Below the pieces are notes generated by a model. The model had not been told where the DNA came from. It saw only the letters and a program-made list of their open reading frames with translations, and searched no databases. Shown here one piece after another: positions 17,007-26,396 of a DNA stretch of 64,000 bases. Source of the stretch: a virus (taxonomy: Duplodnaviria; Caudoviricetes); IMG/VR virus record IMGVR_UViG_3300027533_000013, positions 32,001-96,000 of that record; one strand, given 5' to 3'. The first letter of the stretch is position 1. Each line of letters starts with the position of its first letter. Both the position numbers and the translations under genes were made by a program.

Positions 17007-17948
17007 ATGACGAATCAGGAAGTTATCCAAAAAGCGGATATGGCGCTTGCGGATCTGGCGACGGCTGGCAAGCTGAATCCGGAGCAGACCGACCGCTTCA
17101 TCCGTACGCTCATTGACCAGCCCACCCTGTTGGCTTCCATCCGGACGGTCGCCATGGGCGCACCGGAGATGAAGATCAACAAGATCGGCTTCGGCTCCCG
17201 AGTGCTGCGACCTGCGATCAGCGCCACCGCCATGGCTGATTCGGATCGCGTGAAGCCGGATCTTGGACAGGTGAACTTGGCGACGAAAGAAGTCATCGCT
17301 GAAGTCCATCTGCCCTACGACGTGATCGAGGACAACATCGAGAAGGGCAACATCAACGTGCCGTTGCAGACCGGCGCGGGTGGTCTGCACCAGACCATCG
17401 TGGACCTGTTGGCCGAGCGTGCCGCGCTCGACTTGGAAGAGCTTGGCATTCAGGGTGACACCGCAAACCTTGCGGACGCCTATCTGGCTCTTCAGGACGG
17501 CTATCTGAAGCTGGCCACCGCGAACGTGACCAACGTGGGTGGCGTGTTCGACAAGGCGGCGGTCAAAGCCGCACTGAAGACCATGCCGACCCGGTATCTC
17601 CGGAACCGCAGTGCCATGTCGCACTTCGTGTCCGTGGACAACGAGACGGAAATCCGTGACCAGTACGGTGCTCGTCAGACCGCACTCGGTGACGCACAGG
17701 TGCAGGGTCTGCTCCCGGTCTACATCTACGGTTCCAAGGTGACCCCGGTCGCCCTGATGCCGGGACCGCAGGGCCTGTTCACCGATCCGATGAATCTCAT
17801 CTTCGGGATTCAGCGGAACATCATGATCGAGTACGACAAGGACATTCGTGCCCGTGTGTTCATCATCGTGCTGACCTGCCGCATCGACTTCGCCATCGAG
17901 GAAGTCAACGCGGTGGTCAAGTACACGGGCATTACCGGAAGCCGGTAG
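17007..17948 (+). CDS. major capsid protein (HK97 fold, XkdG-like)
   Basis: GKLNPEQTDRFI, EDNIE, DLEELGIQGD, DGYLK, TDPMNLIFG; strong AGGAG RBS; followed by a terminator. Confidence 0.9.
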   Translation: MTNQEVIQKADMALADLATAGKLNPEQTDRFIRTLIDQPTLLASIRTVAMGAPEMKINKIGFGSRVLRPAISATAMADSDRVKPDLGQVNLATKEVIAEVHLPYDVIEDNIEKGNINVPLQTGAGGLHQTIVDLLAERAALDLEELGIQGDTANLADAYLALQDGYLKLATANVTNVGGVFDKAAVKAALKTMPTRYLRNRSAMSHFVSVDNETEIRDQYGARQTALGDAQVQGLLPVYIYGSKVTPVALMPGPQGLFTDPMNLIFGIQRNIMIEYDKDIRARVFIIVLTCRIDFAIEEVNAVVKYTGITGSR

Positions 17949-17967
17949 TCACCAGTCGTGAGGTTGC

Positions 17968-17999
17968 AAGGGACTCTTCCGCAAGGGGGAGTCCCTTTT
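17968..17999 (+). terminator. rho-independent terminator after MCP
   Basis: AAGGGACTCTTCC-GCAA-GGGGGAGTCCCTT followed by T residues. Confidence 0.75.
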
Positions 18000-18012
18000 G
18001 CACTTGATTGCA

Positions 18013-18303
18013 ATGACTGACGTACCGCTCAAACCAGACAAACCACCAAGGCCACCAAACCCTTCCCAGTACACCCAACTGGAGTTGGCCATCTATGATG
18101 TGTATACTGTCGGTCTGCTGTCGCCACCAGTGACGGGAGTCAAGGGGGTGCAGTATGTGAAGGGTGTGCGATATATCTTTTCCCCGGAAGAAGCGTTGGT
18201 GAAACTGGAAGAAATGGATCATGGACGTCCGGTGTGGAAGGTTCATGGAAAGCCACCGAAGCCGGAACCGACGCCTGTACGACTTCCCGCGTTCCTCACG
18301 TAA
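18013..18303 (+). CDS. virion-associated hypothetical protein, paralog of 18319..18702
   Basis: Shared LELA.Y..YT..Y.KG..Y.F...A...L.E.D.GRP.WK motif. Confidence 0.6.
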   Translation: MTDVPLKPDKPPRPPNPSQYTQLELAIYDVYTVGLLSPPVTGVKGVQYVKGVRYIFSPEEALVKLEEMDHGRPVWKVHGKPPKPEPTPVRLPAFLT

Positions 18304-18318
18304 TCAAGGAGTGATGTA

Positions 18319-18702
18319 ATGGCATTAAAGACAGAGAAGATTGAGAAATCACCAGAACCTGCGGTAAAGCCGGATACAACCGTGTTGGAATTGGCTTTGT
18401 ATACCCAGTACACGTGGCAGGGTGAGACGTACGAGAAGGGTAAACCCTACCGCTTCAGGACCGTGGACGCCATGCAGTTGCTGGCCGAGACAGACACCGG
18501 TCGTCCCATCTGGAAACTGTATCAGGCACCCAAGCCCAGAGTAGCACCCAAGAACGAGGTCGTGGATGCGACGGGTGTGCAGGCCGGGATTCCTGATGAA
18601 CCTGTCCATTTCTCTCCACCGAGAAAGCGCATTGAGGTGGGAGACGACAGCGAGATTCAAGACATTTTGGGGAAGACTGAGGGTGGAGATATCACGGTCT
18701 AG
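18319..18702 (+). CDS. virion-associated hypothetical protein
   Basis: AAGGAG RBS; follows MCP; paralog of the preceding ORF. Confidence 0.65.
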   Translation: MALKTEKIEKSPEPAVKPDTTVLELALYTQYTWQGETYEKGKPYRFRTVDAMQLLAETDTGRPIWKLYQAPKPRVAPKNEVVDATGVQAGIPDEPVHFSPPRKRIEVGDDSEIQDILGKTEGGDITV

Positions 18703-18705
18703 CCG

Positions 18706-19491
18706 ATGAGACGCCCACAGACGCCGCTGTTCGTGGATGTGCAGGATGTGATCCTGCGAATGGGTCTCAGTGCGGATCTGGCTGGGATTGAGGACGTAGT
18801 GTCGTCGGGCATCGTCTCGGCCCAGTTGCACGTTGAACGTGTGATTGATGGGAAGCTGTCTCGTCAGTCACAGGACTGTCGGTTTTTTATCGACTCCCAA
18901 GCCTTCTCAGGCATCGCTCCGGGTGGCCTGTATCGGTTGGAAGTGCCCAGTGGCTTGGTCCGACAAGACGTGCCGCAGACGGTGACGTTTTCGAACGACT
19001 ACGGCCCGTTCACCGCGCATTCAACTATCGATTCGACATTGATGAAGTTCGACTACAAGAAGGGGTATCTGTACGTCGATGCGGAGACGTACGGAGATAA
19101 CTACATCCGGATTCAGTGTGATACGGGGTTCGAAGATGGCACCCGACCCTACCCTGTTGATGACCTCACCGTATGGGCCGCTGACCAGCAGTACGCCATC
19201 GATGATGTGGTGGCCTATACCGGGATTGCCTACCGGTGTATCGGCGTCCCCCCAGTCGGTACGTTCCCCACGAATGCGGCATACTGGAAAGCCGAATTGG
19301 TTCCACAGGAGCCAATCCCCGATCCGATCTACGAAGCTATTATGTCGCTCGTTCCGATGGTGTTTAACGCGCAGCAGACCACGAAGCGCAGTAATGAGGC
19401 CAAGTCGCAGTACCAGACGTTGACTGACCATGCGAATCTGCTGTTGCAGCCGTACATGCGGACACAGGGATTCACCTTCAGGTCCATCTGA
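18706..19491 (+). CDS. head-tail adaptor/connector-like protein with inserted CBM5/12-like module
   Basis: Position; C-terminal IPDPIYEAI..LLQPYMR; internal WAADQQYAIDDVVAYTGIAYRC..PTNAAYW. Confidence 0.6.
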   Translation: MRRPQTPLFVDVQDVILRMGLSADLAGIEDVVSSGIVSAQLHVERVIDGKLSRQSQDCRFFIDSQAFSGIAPGGLYRLEVPSGLVRQDVPQTVTFSNDYGPFTAHSTIDSTLMKFDYKKGYLYVDAETYGDNYIRIQCDTGFEDGTRPYPVDDLTVWAADQQYAIDDVVAYTGIAYRCIGVPPVGTFPTNAAYWKAELVPQEPIPDPIYEAIMSLVPMVFNAQQTTKRSNEAKSQYQTLTDHANLLLQPYMRTQGFTFRSI

Positions 19492-19655
19492 TGCAGCCCA
19501 AGAACCAGAATCTCAGCAAAACGTCGGAGTCGGAGTCGAAAAACTCTGAGAAGCCAATTCCCGGAGATAAACCGGAGTCTATCGTGGAACCTCCTGCCGA
19601 GGTGACGAAGCAGAAGGCCGCGAAGCAGATCAAGAAGCAGAAGCTCAAGAAATGA
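19491..19655 (+). CDS. small Lys-rich hypothetical protein (54 aa)
   Basis: Fills the gap with TGATG and ATGA overlaps. Confidence 0.45.
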   Translation: MQPKNQNLSKTSESESKNSEKPIPGDKPESIVEPPAEVTKQKAAKQIKKQKLKK

Positions 19656-20155
19656 GACTGCTCACGGTGTCCGTCGTGGGTCAGCAGGGGTTGGAGAAAT
19701 CCATCCGTGGGCTGGGCGAAGCACTGGACACGGTGAAGATACTGGATGAGGGTGCTGCCGTCATCTACAACCGGCTACGGTCTCGATTCCTGATTGAACA
19801 AGCACCAGACGGAACGAAGTGGCCACCCTCGCAGGCCGCGCTTCGCAGGGCACGTAGTGGCCGAGGGGGTGGGACGCTGTTCGATACGGGCAAGTTGTTT
19901 CGTAGCATCCAGTTGTATGCCGAGAGCCAGCACACCCGAGCGATTGGCACGAACGTCACGTCGCCCCAAGGGTTCCCCTATGCGGAGAAGCATCAGTTTG
20001 GTATTGGCTTCCCGCAGCGTCAGTTCTTAGGGTTTGCGGCTGAGGATATGGACCTGATGGCCCAAGTCATCATTCGACGCATCGCACAGGGATTACAGCA
20101 AGGAGCCAATCAAGGGAGTATTGGTCGTGCTTCTCCCACGTCAGGATTGCTGTAA
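19652..20155 (+). CDS. phage virion morphogenesis protein (Mu gpG/tail completion family)
   Basis: RF..EQAPDGTKWPP..TLFDTGKLFRSI..IGTNV..YAEKHQFG..PQRQFLG. Confidence 0.85.
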   Translation: MRLLTVSVVGQQGLEKSIRGLGEALDTVKILDEGAAVIYNRLRSRFLIEQAPDGTKWPPSQAALRRARSGRGGGTLFDTGKLFRSIQLYAESQHTRAIGTNVTSPQGFPYAEKHQFGIGFPQRQFLGFAAEDMDLMAQVIIRRIAQGLQQGANQGSIGRASPTSGLL

Positions 20156-20661
20156 TGTCCAAACTCACTGAAGTGTTGGAGGAAGCTAGCACCCGACTCC
20201 TGACGTTGAACGCCCCACCGGTCAACCTGACGGGTAAGGTGGTGGTCGCCTACGATGAGAACGACTTGCTCGATGTGCTGAAGGGTGTCCGAGCGTATCC
20301 CGCTGTAGGCATCGTCTACGAAGGCATGCGGTCCATGTCTGAGGGTGGACCCACCGCGAAAGTGGGACTGTCTTGCGAGATTGTGCTGGCTTTTGTGTTG
20401 GTGGAGCGTGGAGACGAGATTCACGCCACGAACCAGAAGAAGGTCCGAGCGATTGAGTATCTGGACGCGATGCGGCTGATGTTCATGGGGAAGCGTAGCA
20501 CGGTGACTCAGCACTTCTGGCACTTTATGGTAGAAGCGCCAGCCGCGCTGAGGTCGGGTGCAGTGTGTTGGGTGCAGCGGTGGAGTCTGCCGACGCAGTT
20601 ACCCCATGAAGGCACAGCGACCAGTCCATCCCATCCATTTTTTCCCGCCAACTGTAAGTAG
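20155..20661 (+). CDS. putative tail terminator/completion protein
   Basis: Position after the morphogenesis gene; YPAVGIVYEG; size 168 aa. Confidence 0.5.
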   Translation: MSKLTEVLEEASTRLLTLNAPPVNLTGKVVVAYDENDLLDVLKGVRAYPAVGIVYEGMRSMSEGGPTAKVGLSCEIVLAFVLVERGDEIHATNQKKVRAIEYLDAMRLMFMGKRSTVTQHFWHFMVEAPAALRSGAVCWVQRWSLPTQLPHEGTATSPSHPFFPANCK

Positions 20662-20668
20662 CCCTCGT

Positions 20669-21346
20669 ATGCTCGTCTCCTGCATATTGCCGACGAAGAA
20701 TCGTGCGGCGTTCATCCCGCAGGCTATTCGTTGTTATCAGTCGCAGACGTACCCACATAAAGAGTTAGTCATCATCGACAACGGGAACGATGGGACCGAG
20801 GCACTGATTCCCCCAGATGATCCGTCGATCCGGTACGGTCGGGTGGCAGGGAAGCGGACCACGGGGGACATGCGGAATTTGTGTGCCAGATACGCCAAGG
20901 GAGAAATCATCTGCCATTTCGACTCGGATGATTGGTCAGCCCCGGAGCGTGTGACAGATCAGGTCACACGGCTTGGTGAGTTTGGGGTGTTGACGGGCTA
21001 TCACGACATGTTGTTCTATGACGTGCGGGATGGCAGGCTCTACCACTGGCATATGCGGTCGCCCAATTGGTTCGCACTGGGTACGTCGTTGTGCTACCGC
21101 AGGGACTGGTGGCGTGGTCATCCGTTTGTGTCGTTGCAGATTGGTGAGGATATTCGATTTTTCCGTCAGGCCGCACGTGAAGCCAAACGGTTTGTATCGT
21201 CGGTGTCTGGTGGCCATATGATGGTGGCGCGAGTGCATGACTATCAGACCAGTAAGAAGTCACTCACGAAGATGAGCTACACGCCTATGCCCCCAACCGA
21301 GTTACCATCGGCTTTCCCATGCGGTTCAACATTGTCAGCAATCTAG
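20669..21346 (+). CDS. glycosyltransferase family 2
   Basis: LVSCILPTKNR, QSQTYPHKELVIIDNG, RN..AKGEIICHFDSDDW, GED. Confidence 0.9.
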   Translation: MLVSCILPTKNRAAFIPQAIRCYQSQTYPHKELVIIDNGNDGTEALIPPDDPSIRYGRVAGKRTTGDMRNLCARYAKGEIICHFDSDDWSAPERVTDQVTRLGEFGVLTGYHDMLFYDVRDGRLYHWHMRSPNWFALGTSLCYRRDWWRGHPFVSLQIGEDIRFFRQAAREAKRFVSSVSGGHMMVARVHDYQTSKKSLTKMSYTPMPPTELPSAFPCGSTLSAI

Positions 21347-21350
21347 CCAC

Positions 21351-21938
21351 ATGCTGAAAATCTATCGGTCCAGCCGAGCGTTGAAAGGTGACTTGGTAGG
21401 GCGGCAGTTTGGTCGGCTGATTGTCAAAGCCAAGGTCGAAGAAGGTTGGCGATGCCAGTGTGTTTGTGGGGCCATGAAGACTGTGGCTGCAAGTAATTTG
21501 CGATCAGGGAACGTGGCGAGTTGTGGGTGTCTGCGGAAAGAAACGAGTGCTGCAAATGCTAAGGCTACGACTTTCAAACGAAAGGGTCAGAAGCGTCCAG
21601 CGGTTGCAAAGGTGGGATCGGCTTTTCGGATTGTGTTAGGCACCTATCGGCTGTCTGCGAAGACGCGGGGGCATACGTTTGAATTGTCCGAAGATGCTTT
21701 TAAGATACTAACGTCTGCGGTATGTTTCTATTGTGGCGCTTCACCTTCACGCGAGTCAAAGTCTTATGCAGGAGAGGTGTACCTGTTCAACGGCATTGAT
21801 CGCATGGACAATGCCTTGGGGTATACCGTCAGTAACAGTGTGCCGTGTTGCTGGACGTGTAATGAACTGAAGGGATCTGAAAATTCAAAGGAGTTTATCG
21901 CTCATATTCTCAAAATTGCGGGGCATTGTGCGATTTAA
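21351..21938 (+). mobile_element. HNH homing endonuclease inserted at the 5' end of a glycosyltransferase gene
   Basis: DLVGRQFGRL, WRCQCVCG, LRSGNVASCGC, CFYCG, NGIDRMDNALGYTVSNSVPCCWTCN. Confidence 0.85.
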
Positions 21939-22791
21939 TTACATATCCAACCTCAGCAATGGCGCGGGACTTCAGCGGAACTATGAACTGCTGAAGCAGG
22001 CATTGCAGGCCCGTGGGCACTCGGTGCATGGTGTGCAGTTCAACGCCAAGCCGTTGGTGGTGCCACCGGCTGACATCAATATCTTCGATGAGGTGGTGAC
22101 ACCTCTCGCTTTCCGAGCCGCCAAGGTCCAGTGGGCGATGCCACATCCCGAGTGGTGGTTTGGGATGTGGGATCAGTATCGCTGGGACAAGATTCTGGCA
22201 AAAACACACGACTGTGAGCGTATTTTCCAAGCGAAAGTGGGCAACCGATGCCAGTACCTTGGATGGGTGGCCAAAGACTTGGCCCGACCGGGCATCCCGA
22301 AGGAACGCAAATTCCTCCATGTATCTGGGAAATCCTCGTTCAAGAACACACAGGCCGTGATTTTCGGGTGTCATCAGGCCGGTGTCCCGTTGACCGTGGT
22401 TGGCGAAAAATCGGGTGGTGTTGCCCGAGTCTCCGAGCAAGAATTGATTCACTTGATGAATTCGCACTTTTGCCATGTCATGCCGTCCGCGTATGAGGGG
22501 TACGGTCATGTGCTGCATGAATCGCAGAGCACCGGGCAGATTCTGATCACGACTAATGCCCCACCGATGAATGAGATATGCCCCGCATTTTACGTGCCCA
22601 GTGTGGGGGTCAGACCGCACCACGCAGGAGTGTTGCATCAGGTATTACCGGGAGATGTGGCAAAAGCCGTGAAGTATGTCATGGCGATGGAACAGACCGA
22701 GATAGATCGGTTGAGTGCCGACGCCCGAACGTCATACGATGAAGATGTCAAACAGTTCAATGTGGCGTTGGATAAGTTGGTAAATCAGTGA
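21928..22791 (+). CDS. glycosyltransferase, GT-B (GT4-like)
   Basis: GTG start MRFNYISNLSNGAG; FLHVSGKS..K, PSAYEGYGHVLHE..G..LITTNAPPMNE. Confidence 0.8.
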   Translation: MRFNYISNLSNGAGLQRNYELLKQALQARGHSVHGVQFNAKPLVVPPADINIFDEVVTPLAFRAAKVQWAMPHPEWWFGMWDQYRWDKILAKTHDCERIFQAKVGNRCQYLGWVAKDLARPGIPKERKFLHVSGKSSFKNTQAVIFGCHQAGVPLTVVGEKSGGVARVSEQELIHLMNSHFCHVMPSAYEGYGHVLHESQSTGQILITTNAPPMNEICPAFYVPSVGVRPHHAGVLHQVLPGDVAKAVKYVMAMEQTEIDRLSADARTSYDEDVKQFNVALDKLVNQ

Positions 22792-23327
22792 CCTTCACAA
22801 ATTACGGACATGAAGTAGCCCTGTGGAATGTGTTGCAATCAATTGCATCGCAGCGGAAGGTGGCTGCTTATCTGGAGGTGGGGGTCCGCTACGGCAATTC
22901 ATTGGCGGTGGTGCTGTCTCAGCACTTCCCGTATCGGTTGGCGCTTTGTGATACGTGGGGTGGTGAGTATGGGGGCGAGTCGTTTGGTGGTCCGACGCAC
23001 ATCGAGCGTCTGTTGCGGGACTTGAAATACACCAATCCGACTACGTATCTCAGCGGTAATTCGCATGATCTGTTGAAGAAGGCTATCGGCCAGTTCGATT
23101 TGATTCTGGTGGATGGTGACCACAGTGCGGCGGGGGCCAGAGAGGATCTGGACGACTGTTGGCGACTGCTGATGCCGGATGGGCTGTTGGTGTTCGATGA
23201 CCTTAATCACCCGTCGCATCCCTATTTACTGACGGTATACCAAGATTTCGTAAAGACCGTCAATGCTACCGTGGTGCATGAAGATATGACCCCGATGGGT
23301 GTGGGCGTTCTGTGCAAGACCGCGTAA
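22788..23327 (+). CDS. class I SAM-dependent methyltransferase (Methyltransf_24-like)
   Basis: YLEVGVRYGNS, FDLILVDGDHS, L.PDGLLVFDD. Confidence 0.85.
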   Translation: MTFTNYGHEVALWNVLQSIASQRKVAAYLEVGVRYGNSLAVVLSQHFPYRLALCDTWGGEYGGESFGGPTHIERLLRDLKYTNPTTYLSGNSHDLLKKAIGQFDLILVDGDHSAAGAREDLDDCWRLLMPDGLLVFDDLNHPSHPYLLTVYQDFVKTVNATVVHEDMTPMGVGVLCKTA

Positions 23328-24112
23328 TCGTCCCAACGTATGACCGACCCGAGATGTTGTGGCTGTGTTTGGAGCATATTGCGCGTAGCCCAGATAGTAA
23401 ACACCTGTCGGTGATGGTGTATGCGGATGCACACGTTGGGCATACGACACCTCGGGAGGAAATTGAACAAGTCGTAGACAAGTTTCCTCACCTAAACATT
23501 CAAGTGGGCTTTCGTAATCCCCATCCGTTCCACGGGAACAGTTTCAACGTCTTGATGGCGTTCAAGGACGCTTTTTATGAGCCACAGGTGCGGTATGTCT
23601 TCATGATTGAAGACGACGTGATGGTTCATCCGCAGTTCTTTCAGTGGCATTGGACGGCACATGCGGCGAAGACGCTGGGATGCAGCATCGGCGTCATTAA
23701 AGAGCCACAATACGGCCCGTATGCGTCTCTCGGTGTGTGTTTTCGGCGGGAGATGCTGGGGTTGATTGTGCCGCACTGTCAGGTGGCGTACTTTCACAAT
23801 CTTCGGATGTATTGCAAGACACGGTTTGCCCCGTCAAAGTTTGATTGCGAGCAGGATGGGCTGTTCTGTCGTGTCTTGATCGGGCATTCGATTGCGTGGC
23901 CACCGATTCCCTATGCACAACATGTGGGGTGGTATGGTTACCACCGGAAGAAGAGTATTCGACCGGTTGGCACGTTAGCAGAACGCTATTATCAGGTAAA
24001 GCACGTATTGACCAGTGCCACGGCTTTGCGCCAGTGGGTGAAAGATTTTGGGGATATTAAGGTCTTGCAATTGAGTGCAACGAGTGGCACAGTATCTGGT
24101 GCAGCCGAGTAG
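23312..24112 (+). CDS. glycosyltransferase, GT-A fold
   Basis: VIVPTYDRPEML, VFMIEDDVMV, EQDG, QHVGWYG. Confidence 0.75.
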   Translation: MQDRVIVPTYDRPEMLWLCLEHIARSPDSKHLSVMVYADAHVGHTTPREEIEQVVDKFPHLNIQVGFRNPHPFHGNSFNVLMAFKDAFYEPQVRYVFMIEDDVMVHPQFFQWHWTAHAAKTLGCSIGVIKEPQYGPYASLGVCFRREMLGLIVPHCQVAYFHNLRMYCKTRFAPSKFDCEQDGLFCRVLIGHSIAWPPIPYAQHVGWYGYHRKKSIRPVGTLAERYYQVKHVLTSATALRQWVKDFGDIKVLQLSATSGTVSGAAE

Positions 24113-24138
24113 GTTGTCAGGTTCAAAGGAGAACGCTG

Positions 24139-24993
24139 ATGAGTATGGTAAATGCACGTAACTTGGGGTTTGGTGGTTCGGGCATTCCCGACACTTTGCC
24201 TCAAGCGATTGCCGAACTCCAAGGCATGAGACAGTCCGTCGTGGATGGAGCAGCGGCGGGTACGGTAATGGTCGTGCCGGGTATGGACCCTGAAGACCAT
24301 ATCGGTGCGGCTGTGGATCTGACGACCCCGGCATCGATTGACCCTTCAACACTGAGCGTGAAGGGGCGCAACGCTGAAGCCGTGATCACGTGTCTCACCA
24401 CCGCCGTGGACGGGAACACCGTGACGGTCAATGGTCGTGTATACACGTTCAAAGACGTCTACGTGCATCCCAGCTACAACACACCTCCCGGTGTGGTGCC
24501 CATCGACATTACGCCCAGCGGCAACGACGCCGAAGAGATGGCTGACAGGCTGGCCAAGGCCATCATGTCGGGTGATAGCAGCCTGACGGCCACCGTGGAA
24601 GCCGACACAGCCTCACCGCCAGCGATGACGAAGGTGCGCCTCAAGGTGCGTCAGCCCGGTACCGCAGGCAACGCCTACACGCTGACCGAGGTAGGCACCG
24701 CCGTGACGGTGTCGGGTGCCGTGTTCTCAGGCGGCACGGCAGAAGCTAGTGCAGGATTCGTCTGCACCGAGTCGCTGGCAGGCAAGAAAGTCCTTGTGAC
24801 GTGGTATGACCGTCATCCGGGAGTCGCCACTGCACCGCTGATGATGGAGTCGCAAGAAGTGGACGAAGAGGAAAGCCGTGTCTTGGGGAAAGTCGTATTC
24901 CGTGGCAAGCGTGAAGACGCCAAGGAAGACGAAGGTCGTGGTGACGACCGGAACGACAAACCCGGTCCCGGCAAGCCCAAAGTTGGCCGCTAG
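24139..24993 (+). CDS. virion structural/decoration protein
   Basis: AAGGAG RBS; DGNTVTVNGRVYTF and GTAGNAYTL..FSGG beta-rich module; precedes the tail tube. Confidence 0.55.
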   Translation: MSMVNARNLGFGGSGIPDTLPQAIAELQGMRQSVVDGAAAGTVMVVPGMDPEDHIGAAVDLTTPASIDPSTLSVKGRNAEAVITCLTTAVDGNTVTVNGRVYTFKDVYVHPSYNTPPGVVPIDITPSGNDAEEMADRLAKAIMSGDSSLTATVEADTASPPAMTKVRLKVRQPGTAGNAYTLTEVGTAVTVSGAVFSGGTAEASAGFVCTESLAGKKVLVTWYDRHPGVATAPLMMESQEVDEEESRVLGKVVFRGKREDAKEDEGRGDDRNDKPGPGKPKVGR

Positions 24994-25020
24994 CTTCAAA
25001 AGGCATAGAGGAGACACAGT

Positions 25021-25854
25021 ATGAGCACCTTTGATGCGGCCAACTGGTACTTCAGTGGCCAAGGCGTAATCATGGTGGGGCGTCGTGACCCCATCACGGG
25101 CAATCCGATTGGGTTGCGTCCCATCGGCAACTGTCCTGAGATGCGACTGGGCATCGCCACGACAGTCGTGAACCACAAGGGGTCACAGGACGGCCAGAGG
25201 GCCACTGACGCTCGACTCCAGACCGAAGTCAACGTGACGTGCTCCATCACCGTGGAGAACTGGAACGCGAAGAACCTTGCAGAGGCCACTCGCGGCGACG
25301 ACATTCTGATTCCGGCAGGGACGGCCACTGATGAAGACATCATGGGCTTCCCCGGTCGTGTCACGTCGCTCCGCTACATCGACGTGAGTGCGGTGGTGGT
25401 TGAGCAGTACGGCACGCCACTGACGATGTACACCGATGGCACCGTGCCGTGGGACTACAAGTTGAATCCGGCAGCGGGTTCCATCATGTTGAACGACGGT
25501 GTGGCGATGGACTTTGCTGAATTCCAACAGGCATCGCCCATCGACCCTGCCGGTGACCCACTTACGGTGACCTATCAGTACGCCGAGCAGTATCTCGTAT
25601 CGGCTATGACCCGTCCGATCACCGACAATTGGCTGCGGTTCGAAGGTCTGAACACCATCGAGTCGAACAGTCCAGTCATTGTGGACGTGTTCCGCTTCAG
25701 CAACGATCCGCTGAAGGAACTCGCCCTGTTGTCCGACACGTTCGGTCAGTTCGTGATCGAGGGTTCGGTTCTGAAGGACGATACGCGGCTGGCGGGTTCG
25801 AATTACTTCAGCATCAAGAAGTTGAAGTTCGCTCCTGACAACGCGGTCAACTAG
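25021..25854 (+). CDS. major tail (tube) protein
   Basis: YFSGQG..GNCPE, NLAEA, LRFEGLN, L.L.SD.FG..IEG.VL.D; precedes chaperones and tape measure. Confidence 0.85.
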   Translation: MSTFDAANWYFSGQGVIMVGRRDPITGNPIGLRPIGNCPEMRLGIATTVVNHKGSQDGQRATDARLQTEVNVTCSITVENWNAKNLAEATRGDDILIPAGTATDEDIMGFPGRVTSLRYIDVSAVVVEQYGTPLTMYTDGTVPWDYKLNPAAGSIMLNDGVAMDFAEFQQASPIDPAGDPLTVTYQYAEQYLVSAMTRPITDNWLRFEGLNTIESNSPVIVDVFRFSNDPLKELALLSDTFGQFVIEGSVLKDDTRLAGSNYFSIKKLKFAPDNAVN

Positions 25855-25873
25855 GAACGATTCGTGCTCACAC

Positions 25874-25907
25874 GGGGTGGGTGGCAGGTGCCACCTACCC
25901 CATTTTT
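25874..25907 (+). terminator. rho-independent terminator after the tail tube gene
   Basis: GGGGTGGGTGGCA-GG-TGCCACCTACCCC followed by ATTTTT. Confidence 0.7.
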
Positions 25908-25934
25908 ATACTCGTCGGCCAACAAAGGAGTTGT

Positions 25935-26396
25935 ATGGCCAAGCAAACCGTTAAGATAGCGGACCTAGCTCAACTCGCACGACCCGTCGATATTTCTGAA
26001 GACCAGCAGATCATGGTGAGAGCTTTGAGTCTCCGTGAGATGGTGGGCTTGTTTATCGATTCTAGAGAAGTGTTTCTACCGTTGTATGCGGCAGGACTTG
26101 AAGGCAAGATGAGTACGGAAGAACTTGGTCCATTCTTGCTCACCGCGCCTGAAGTTGTCGCTAAGATTATTGCATTGGCTTCTGATGAACCGGATTCCGC
26201 CCCGGTTGTAGAGAAGCGTATGCCTGCGACCGTGCAATTGATTGCATTGTCCGAAATCTGGAAGGCGTCGGTACCCGACCCAAAAAAAGCGAGAGAGTTG
26301 TTATCCGAGGTGACAACTCTGTTGCAAAAGCTCAACGAAAAAGGCGAACAGTTGACCCAACCGATGCCTTCTCCGATGGCCTTGCAACCTCAGTAG
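25935..26396 (+). CDS. tail assembly chaperone (lambda G-like)
   Basis: AAGGAG RBS; position between tube and tape measure; slippery CCCAAAAAAAG at 26279-26289. Confidence 0.75.
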   Translation: MAKQTVKIADLAQLARPVDISEDQQIMVRALSLREMVGLFIDSREVFLPLYAAGLEGKMSTEELGPFLLTAPEVVAKIIALASDEPDSAPVVEKRMPATVQLIALSEIWKASVPDPKKARELLSEVTTLLQKLNEKGEQLTQPMPSPMALQPQ

